Positions 26,456 through 32,000 of a stretch of 32,000 nucleotides of DNA are shown piece after piece. Numbering within the stretch: position 1 is the stretch's first letter; every line of letters begins with the position of its first letter. The notes below the pieces were generated by a model, which saw nothing but the letters and a program-made list of their open reading frames with translations, was not told where the DNA came from and did no database searches. The position numbers were made by a program, and so were the translations under genes. The stretch comes from Candidatus Saccharimonadota bacterium (GTDB lineage Bacteria > Patescibacteriota > Gracilibacteria > UBA1369 > 2-02-FULL-48-14): positions 1,230,001-1,262,000 of the forward strand of contig JBAZVE010000001.1 in the NCBI GenBank assembly GCA_041661045.1, read 5' to 3'.

Positions 26456-26567
26456 GTCGTTCAAAACCGTATTCAAGTTCCCCAGCGAGGTGCCCACCCT
26501 GATTTGCTCAGAGGTGGGTACCTAGCCACAAATCGGCTACCTCTTGGGGCAAGTGGTTTTGAACGAC
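26456..26567. other. 112-nt nested inverted-repeat element (candidate structured RNA or DNA-level ori/operator)
   Basis: P1 is 26456-26468/26555-26567 (13 bp, perfect). P2 is 26480-26490/26540-26549 (10 bp, one bulge). P3 is a hairpin at 26491-26520 (12 bp, one bulge, 5-nt loop). P4 is a hairpin at 26523-26539 (5 bp, 7-nt loop). It lies in the divergent intergenic region of the island. Two G-T pairs weakly favour the + strand as RNA. Confidence 0.4.
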
Positions 26568-26604
26568 CTAGGTACCCTCTTTTGCGTTCCTAACCAAAAA
26601 GCCA

Positions 26605-27225
26605 ATGCCAACAAGGGAGAAAACATATCCTTCCGCTGAAGTGCTCAAGAGTTACTGGTGGTACAGACTGTGCCAGGTTCTATTTTGGACGATTTTAGCC
26701 GCTAGTGCCGTGGCGGGCTTCTATAATGGCGGTGGCTTCATAATTGACGCTGTAACGGCAACAGGAATCAATGGTGCAATTCTATATGGCCTCTGGAAGC
26801 TGGTTTTATACATTGCCTACGGGAAACGGCCCCTTTCAAATGAGGAAACTGAGCATCAAAATAACATGTGGAAAACCGCCATTAGTGCAACTGTGGTCAT
26901 TGTCATTTGGATCCTTATAATGGCCATTTTTGAAGTCGGCAATGCTAAAGCAATCGCACCTACTGCGGAGGATATTTATGGCGAGCCTGACTGCGAGGAG
27001 TATCCGGAAAGCCCCCGGTGCTACGGTCCAGACCCTGGAATGACAGGTATGGATTGGCTCATACTCCTCACGATTGGTGGTGGGTTTATCGCATTCATAA
27101 ACTATGAAACGAAAAAAACAGAGAAAGCACGAGCGAATTGGTACCGCAACGAACGAAGACGAGAGTTGCGAGAAGAAAAGAAAGAACTTGCGAAAAAGGA
27201 ATACTGGGAGTCACTAAAATCTTGA
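26605..27225 (+). CDS. Membrane protein with charged coiled C-terminal tail
   Basis: 206-aa ORF with about four hydrophobic helices (e.g. LCQVLFWTILAASAVAGF, ISATVVIVIWILIMAIF, WLILLTIGGGFIAFI) and a Lys/Glu/Arg-rich tail. Confidence 0.6.
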   Translation: MPTREKTYPSAEVLKSYWWYRLCQVLFWTILAASAVAGFYNGGGFIIDAVTATGINGAILYGLWKLVLYIAYGKRPLSNEETEHQNNMWKTAISATVVIVIWILIMAIFEVGNAKAIAPTAEDIYGEPDCEEYPESPRCYGPDPGMTGMDWLILLTIGGGFIAFINYETKKTEKARANWYRNERRRELREEKKELAKKEYWESLKS

Positions 27226-27498
27226 TTAACACTTAACCCACGACATGAAAAAATACCCTTCCTGCCAATCTTAATTTTAATTCTCAGTTATTGATAGCAA
27301 TGTCAGACACTCGTAAAACGCAAAACTAGCGAAGCACCAAATATACTGAATATGGGACCCATGTTTTTCCCGACCCCCCCTCCCCCCGACCTTAAGTAAC
27401 CTTAAGGTTTCTTCTCTGATGACACCTGAGAGATTCAGCACCTTAAGTTGAGGACTTTTTAGCCAGCGACCATCTGCCACGCAGGCTTACGCTTTTGG

Positions 27499-28509
27499 AT
27501 GTTAATTGATGCCAAAAAATGTAAAATCATTTTGATGAATACACCAGAAGAAGTCTACGCGCATTATGAGGATCTGTTTAAAAAACTTTTTGGAGCTGCC
27601 TTCAAGAAAGATGTCCTGAATTTCATTGCCACGATTTTAAGGTTTGATGGTATGTTCATCGGGCACTGGGACCCTCTAGAAGAAGCTAAGGACAGCTTTA
27701 GAGATTTCCCTACAATTTTAGAAGAAGCTCAAGGTAATGGGAATCGTAAGCAGGAAATTAAAATTTCCCTTTTGATGTACTGTCACTCGATTGAAATGAC
27801 GGAAGTTCAAAATGTACTTGCTAACCTCTTAAGGGTTTTATCCGGAAAGCCTTTTAAAATGCGGCCGCTTTGGAATGAAGAGTTCATGAAAAAAAGGAAA
27901 AAATCCAAAGAAATCTTTTTTCAGCCCCCAGGTTTAACCAGCAAGTTCAAACAACTCAAAAAAATGGCGAGTGACGCAGGTGAAAACAATCTTACGGATG
28001 CATTAAATGAAATCTTTAATTCAGATCTAAGGAACTCGTTCTCCCATTCCGATTACTGCATTGACCTGAAAAAGGAGAAGTATAGATTTAGGGAGGGTGG
28101 ACCAGGAAGAGAGCTCGACCTTAGTTATGTTGAAGAGGTTATGGTGAAGGCGTTTGCTTTCTATGATGCATTTTTTACCGTGTGGGAGGCTTCTCTTCAT
28201 CAGATCACTGGTTTACCCCATTACCTCAAGACAACAGATTACGACATTTTAGAGTTACTCGTAGAAAATGGAAGGCTCTATGGGTTCGCACTTCATCATT
28301 CAGATGACACCAAATCCGTATTCGAAAGGCACCCTGAAAGTGTAAATTGTCAAAATTTCTTTTTTACAGATGAAGGTTTCGGAATTGCGATGGGTGACAC
28401 GGCTAAGTTTAGAAAGGGATGGTACTTGGAAGGTGAAGAAGTAATAGATTTCAAGAAGCTCAATGAAGACCGGCCCCTTGCAAAGATCAATTCAAAGGAT
28501 GCTTCATAA
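27499..28509 (+). CDS. Hypothetical protein with Rx4H motif (possible HEPN-type, Abi-like RNase)
   Basis: 336-aa ORF. LRNSFSHSDY (R178-N-S-F-S-H183, nt 28030-28047) fits the HEPN R-N-x-x-x-H signature within a helical context. The 3' end overlaps the convergent integrase gene by 23 nt. Confidence 0.5.
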   Translation: MLIDAKKCKIILMNTPEEVYAHYEDLFKKLFGAAFKKDVLNFIATILRFDGMFIGHWDPLEEAKDSFRDFPTILEEAQGNGNRKQEIKISLLMYCHSIEMTEVQNVLANLLRVLSGKPFKMRPLWNEEFMKKRKKSKEIFFQPPGLTSKFKQLKKMASDAGENNLTDALNEIFNSDLRNSFSHSDYCIDLKKEKYRFREGGPGRELDLSYVEEVMVKAFAFYDAFFTVWEASLHQITGLPHYLKTTDYDILELLVENGRLYGFALHHSDDTKSVFERHPESVNCQNFFFTDEGFGIAMGDTAKFRKGWYLEGEEVIDFKKLNEDRPLAKINSKDAS

Positions 28510-29383
28510 TCTGCTCCTGCATGTGCTTAACGGAAGCAGACAGGTAGATTGTAGTGGTCTTAATGTCGGAATGTCCAAGCATCTTTGAAAGGGTGAAAAT
28601 ATCGCAGCCCCCTTCGAGCATCATAGTGGCGAAGGTGTGGCGGAGCTTATGAGGTGAAAAATCGACCTTGGAGCGTGCTCTCAGTACCTCTACAACTTTC
28701 TTCAGTCCATTCACCGTGAAGGGTCCTTCACCCCTTAAACGGCAAAAGAATTGGATATCTTGTTTGTGGAGCCGGAGCCTGTCTTTTTTGTACTCTTCTA
28801 GTATGACTTTGAGGGTGCTACAAATCGGGACCATACGGTCCTTGCCTCCTTTTCCACTGAACACGGCGATGACGCTGTTCTCCAAGTCCACATCATTCAT
28901 CTTTAGTCCAAGCACTTCTTTGCTCCGGAGTCCGGCGAAAATCATGACGGCAAAGACGGCACGATCACGATAACGCTGGAAACGGTAGAAGCGCGGTTGA
29001 TGGAAAGCGTACTCAAGGAGCTTGAGAGCGTCCTGCTTGCTGATCCGTTTTGGGAGTTTCTTTTCAAGCTTGGGTTTTTCAATTGAGTCGATCGGGTTAG
29101 TGCTGATGTAGCCGCGCTTGGTACACCACTTTAGAAATGACTTCAGTCCTTTGTAATGGTTCAAAAATGTGTCAGCGGTCCATAGCCGCTTCAAACGGCC
29201 ATAGTAAAGAAATTCACGCAGGGAGTCCGGTGTGACCTCATTCAATTCAGTGATCCGTGGTTGGTGCTTGAGGTAAGCCCCCAAGGTGCTGGTGTACCAT
29301 TTTATAGTGGCCGGTGTGTAATTTTTAATAAGCCGAGCTTCTTCGCAGAAACTCGCATGGAGTTGGTTGATATTCATATTCAT
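28487..29383 (-). CDS. int: Tyrosine recombinase/integrase, copy 2 (adjacent to the tRNA)
   Basis: AGLRSKEVLGL, GKGGKDRMVPI, HKLRHTF and GHSDIKTTTIYL. I prefer the start at ATG 29383 (MNMNINQLHASF...), because the track start at 29503 would run into the tRNA. It is visibly paralogous to copy 1 (ELNEV.....LREF.Y.GR; DVDL.N..I.V..GKG.KDR.VPI). Confidence 0.9.
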   Translation of the reverse strand: MNMNINQLHASFCEEARLIKNYTPATIKWYTSTLGAYLKHQPRITELNEVTPDSLREFLYYGRLKRLWTADTFLNHYKGLKSFLKWCTKRGYISTNPIDSIEKPKLEKKLPKRISKQDALKLLEYAFHQPRFYRFQRYRDRAVFAVMIFAGLRSKEVLGLKMNDVDLENSVIAVFSGKGGKDRMVPICSTLKVILEEYKKDRLRLHKQDIQFFCRLRGEGPFTVNGLKKVVEVLRARSKVDFSPHKLRHTFATMMLEGGCDIFTLSKMLGHSDIKTTTIYLSASVKHMQEQIMKHPLN

Positions 29384-29468
29384 AATTTGGAGCCAAGGGA
29401 TATAAGCCTTTGGCTGTAGGTCATTGGCTCGACCCTCAAACTCTGAATTATGGCTTGTAGATAAGGAA

Positions 29469-29514
29469 ATGGTACCCTGGGCAGGAATCGAACCTGCGAC
29501 CAACAGCTTAGAAG
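29469..29514. repeat. Proximal att site (46-bp repeat forming tRNA-Arg nucleotides 32-76 plus 1 nt)
   Basis: Identical to 20608-20653. It starts at the first nucleotide of the anticodon loop and runs through the encoded CCA. Confidence 0.9.
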
Positions 29515-29545
29515 GCTGCTGCTCTATCCACTGAGCTACCAGGGC
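29470..29545 (-). tRNA. tRNA-Arg (anticodon TCT), CCA encoded
   Basis: The reverse complement folds by hand as GCCCTGG-TA-GCTC-AGTGGATA-GAGC-A-GCAGC-CTTCTAA-GCTGT-TGGTC-GCAGG-TTCGATT-CCTGC-CCAGGGT-A-CCA. It has a full cloverleaf, a TTCGATT T-loop and anticodon TCT. Confidence 0.95.
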
Positions 29546-29548
29546 ATT

Positions 29549-30280
29549 TTAGAAGAGGACTTGTTCGAGGAGTTCGGGATGGAAGTATAGATAAATATCC
29601 ACGGTGAGCGCAATGGTGTTATTTAAACTGTGGAAAGCCACGGAGGTCCAAACGGAACCGGTTTTTTGGGTGGCATAGTTTAAAATCAGCCCCAAAAAGA
29701 AGAGCGGGAGAAAGGTTTCGAGTTGAAAGTGGATGAGGGCAAAGAGAGTGGCGGTGATGATGCTGGACAGCCAGATGGGCCAAGTTTTTTGAAAAGTTCG
29801 ATAGAGAAAACCTCGGAAAAAGAGTTCCTCTAGAAGCGGGGCGAGCACGGAGATGACGAGGAAGGCCACCATGAGTCCGATGGCGTCGTAACCAAAGAGT
29901 GGAAGGTAGGATTCTTGCTCTTGGTAGCCCGGCAGATTGAGATCCGTATAATAAAGGATCGCCGCGAACACAAAAGAAACCAGGAGGTAAAAGCCATAAC
30001 AGAGCAACACGGTTTTGATGAGGAGCCAGGGCTTGATCTTTTGGAATCCGAAATCGGCCAAAGAAACATTGTATTTATCCACCACAAGAATCCAGAGTGG
30101 GAAAAATAAAATCACAAATTGGATGAGGTATTGAACTAGAAAAGAAAGGGTGGGATGGAATCCCTCCAGAGCATTGGCGGCCTCCGGAAGCGCCTCAAAC
30201 AGAAGGGTGAGTGCCAAAAAAAGCAGGAGGCTGAGGCTAAAAACTTTGAAAATGTCGCGGAGGGTGAAAGGTACTTGCAT
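29549..30280 (-). CDS. CPBP family intramembrane glutamic endopeptidase (CAAX protease/Abi family)
   Basis: 243-aa polytopic ORF with LLEELFFRGFLY (EExxxR), FALIHF (FxxxH) and AFHSLNN (HxxxN). The stop is 3 nt from the tRNA 5' end. Confidence 0.85.
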   Translation of the reverse strand: MQVPFTLRDIFKVFSLSLLLFLALTLLFEALPEAANALEGFHPTLSFLVQYLIQFVILFFPLWILVVDKYNVSLADFGFQKIKPWLLIKTVLLCYGFYLLVSFVFAAILYYTDLNLPGYQEQESYLPLFGYDAIGLMVAFLVISVLAPLLEELFFRGFLYRTFQKTWPIWLSSIITATLFALIHFQLETFLPLFFLGLILNYATQKTGSVWTSVAFHSLNNTIALTVDIYLYFHPELLEQVLF

Positions 30281-30330
30281 GGTTGTGCTTTGGCTCGCAT
30301 TATACGAAAAAATTTGTTAGATTGGAAGCC

Positions 30331-31371
30331 ATGGTTATTGAAAAAAACATCAACGATGGGGAGGAGATGAGTATGCCTCTGCAAGCGCAGTCCACTCAAG
30401 ACGAGCGGCAAAGTGAAAATGTGCTCAGGCCCCAAAGTCTTGAGGATTATATTGGGCAAGATGAAATTAAAAAGAACTTGGCGGTCTTTTTGCCGGCGGC
30501 ACGAAAACGGCAAGAAGCTATGGAGCATGTGCTTTTGCACGGCTGCCCCGGACTCGGGAAAACCACCTTGGCTTTTATTTTAGCAAAGGAAATGGGCGTA
30601 CAAATTCGGATCACCAGCGGGCCGGCCATCGAGAGGCCGGGCGACTTGGCGGCTCTCCTCACCAATTTGCAAGAAAACGACATCCTTTTTATTGATGAAA
30701 TTCATCGACTTCGCCCGGCCGTAGAAGAAATTTTATACAGTGCCATGGAAGATTTTGCGCTGGATCTTGTGGTGGGCAAAGGGCCTTCGGCCCGCAGCAT
30801 GCGTATTGGGCTCCCCCAATTCAGCCTGGTGGGTGCCACCACCAAACTTTCGGCCATCTCCTCCCCTCTCAGGGATCGTTTTGGCAATGTCCTCAAACTG
30901 GACTTTTATAACGAAGAAGATATTGGAAAGATTCTGCACCGCAGCGCACGGATCCTGGGCGTGGAAGTGGAGGAAGAGGCGGCTCAAAAACTAGCACAGA
31001 GCGCGCGGCGGACGCCGCGCGTGGCCAACCGTTTACTGAGGCGCGTACGGGACTTTGCCTCGGTTCAAAATAGCTCTCGTGTCGATAAAAAAATGGTGGA
31101 AGAAACCCTTGAATTGCTGGGGATCGATGGCCTTGGGCTCGACTCCACCGATCGCAAGCTTTTATTCACCCTGGCGGACAAGTTCAAGGGCGGTCCGGTT
31201 GGACTCTCCACCCTTTCCGCCGCCACCAGTGAAGAGGAGGAAAGCATCGAGGAAATTTACGAACCCTTCTTGATGCAATTGGGTTTTTTGGAACGCACGC
31301 CCAGGGGTAGACTTTTGACCGAAAATGGATATACTTACTTTGGCCTTCGCCGACCTAACCACCTTGTATGA
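30331..31371 (+). CDS. ruvB: Holliday junction branch migration ATPase RuvB
   Basis: LRPQSLEDYIGQ, Walker A GCPGLGKTTLA, Walker B ILFIDEIHRL, sensor GATT, RTPRVANRLLRRVRD and a C-terminal winged helix. I prefer the ATG at 30331 over the TTG at 30283 used in the track. Confidence 0.95.
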   Translation: MVIEKNINDGEEMSMPLQAQSTQDERQSENVLRPQSLEDYIGQDEIKKNLAVFLPAARKRQEAMEHVLLHGCPGLGKTTLAFILAKEMGVQIRITSGPAIERPGDLAALLTNLQENDILFIDEIHRLRPAVEEILYSAMEDFALDLVVGKGPSARSMRIGLPQFSLVGATTKLSAISSPLRDRFGNVLKLDFYNEEDIGKILHRSARILGVEVEEEAAQKLAQSARRTPRVANRLLRRVRDFASVQNSSRVDKKMVEETLELLGIDGLGLDSTDRKLLFTLADKFKGGPVGLSTLSAATSEEEESIEEIYEPFLMQLGFLERTPRGRLLTENGYTYFGLRRPNHLV

Positions 31372-32000
31372 AAACCTATCGAATCCTTCTTGTCTGCGCA
31401 CTGCTGCTCACGGCGTGTTCTTCGACCAAACTCAATGAACCGCTCACTCGAGATTATGAAACCACTGTCGGAGAGTTTAAATCTCTGGGAAGTGGCAAAG
31501 TCGCCGAAATCATCACTCATATCTTTGAGACTGAGGGGGGCGAAATTCTGTACGCCTATTCCGATCGCTATGATTTGGACAGCGACGATTACTTTGGACT
31601 TGAAGTGGAGGCTTATGGCGTGCTCACCACTTATGAAAACTTGGATAAGCCCCTTTTTGAGGTCAAACGGATCACGGATGCCCCCGAAAAAGATGAGGGC
31701 AGCGAAGAAGTGACCTCTGTCTCTTACCAAGATCCTGATTTTGGCTTTTCCATGAGCTATCCCAGCAATTGGACCTTGAGCACCACCCCCAATTCCGTCA
31801 TTTTAACCGCTCCCGCTCCGGCGGTGGAGGAAGAGGCGGAGGGGTCTGAACTTTCTGAAATTCGAGTCCTGGACAGTATTGTCATCGCACGAACGGAGGC
31901 CGCTCTTGAAAAAACGACTGAAGATGCTCAAGAAGACCGCGTCACCGAAATTCGTGACTTTGTGGCGGGGGAATACCTTGCCTTGGTTGGAATTGAGAAT
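31368..32000 (+). CDS. Putative lipoprotein (N-terminal 211 aa; the gene runs off the right edge)
   Basis: Absent from the ORF track because it has no stop in the window. The ATG at 31368 overlaps the ruvB stop (ATGA). It reads MKTYRILLVCALLLTAC|SST (lipobox LTAC) and is open in frame to 32000. Confidence 0.65.
   Translation, partial: MKTYRILLVCALLLTACSSTKLNEPLTRDYETTVGEFKSLGSGKVAEIITHIFETEGGEILYAYSDRYDLDSDDYFGLEVEAYGVLTTYENLDKPLFEVKRITDAPEKDEGSEEVTSVSYQDPDFGFSMSYPSNWTLSTTPNSVILTAPAPAVEEEAEGSELSEIRVLDSIVIARTEAALEKTTEDAQEDRVTEIRDFVAGEYLALVGIEN

Larger units (their letters stand above)
20608..29514. mobile_element. ~8.9-kb integrative element (phage-satellite/PICI-like genomic island) inserted in tRNA-Arg(TCT)
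   Basis: It is bounded by exact 46-bp direct repeats, one of which forms the 3' part of an intact tRNA. A tyrosine integrase lies next to the tRNA 3' end. The interior encodes a replication module, a TerS-like gene and accessory cargo, with no capsid, tail, large terminase, relaxase or T4SS genes. Confidence 0.8.

Noticed and set aside
27277-27480. 67-aa minus-strand ORF in the gap upstream of the Rx4H gene
   Set aside because: It is short and its reading frame is created by the G/C homopolymer tract (GGRGGRE). It has no start context or motif and is more likely non-coding regulatory DNA.
29384-29503. N-terminal extension of integrase copy 2 given in the ORF track (start at 29503)
   Set aside because: The extension would be translated across the tRNA-Arg gene and att repeat (MVAGSIPAQGT is the tRNA read as protein). 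The ATG at 29383 gives a normal-length integrase.
20608-29514. Calling the element a prophage or a conjugative/mobilisable element
   Set aside because: No capsid, portal, large terminase, tail or lysis genes are recognisable, and there is no relaxase or T4SS. The only T4CP-like gene in the window (6019-8481) lies 12 kb away, outside the att-bounded element.

Overview
This is a bacterial chromosomal window read in the standard genetic code. There is no rRNA and no CRISPR array, and most start codons lack an obvious Shine-Dalgarno sequence. The lineage cannot be determined from the sequence alone. The gene content (M23/SLH and 3D-domain wall enzymes, a lone T4CP-like ATPase, many orphan genes) fits an uncultivated, possibly CPR-like bacterium, but that is a guess. 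The window has four blocks. (i) 1-5.1 kb is a visibly AT-richer minus-strand type I R-M operon: half-size hsdS, hsdM, a dinD-like gene, a single-chain ABC-ATPase/TOPRIM (OLD or fused-PARIS-like) gene, and a second hsdS that runs off the left edge. (ii) 5.2-13.35 kb looks like core genome: a Cas4/RecB-like PD-(D/E)XK nuclease, a membrane-anchored VirD4/TraG-like ATPase, a polytopic membrane protein, a 3D-domain/PG-binding protein, tsaE and an M23 peptidase with SLH repeats. A 57-58 bp tandem repeat sits between the two convergent genes. (iii) 13.4-20.6 kb holds orphan genes, including a seven-gene minus-strand cluster with two lipoproteins, a SAM-methyltransferase-like protein, an HExxH protein and a 524-aa helical protein. 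(iv) 20608-29514 is an ~8.9-kb integrative element in tRNA-Arg(TCT), bounded by exact 46-bp direct repeats. It carries two paralogous tyrosine recombinases, a CHC2 zinc-finger protein, a P4/D5-type SF3 helicase, a DUF5659-like protein, a small-terminase-like protein, a cytoplasmic S1 protease, a membrane protein and an Rx4H (HEPN-like) protein. It has no virion or conjugation genes, so it resembles a phage satellite or PICI. It also contains a 112-nt, four-helix nested inverted-repeat element in its divergent intergenic region. The right flank holds a CPBP protease, ruvB and a partial lipoprotein gene. All functional calls come from motif-level reading by eye; no database search was run.
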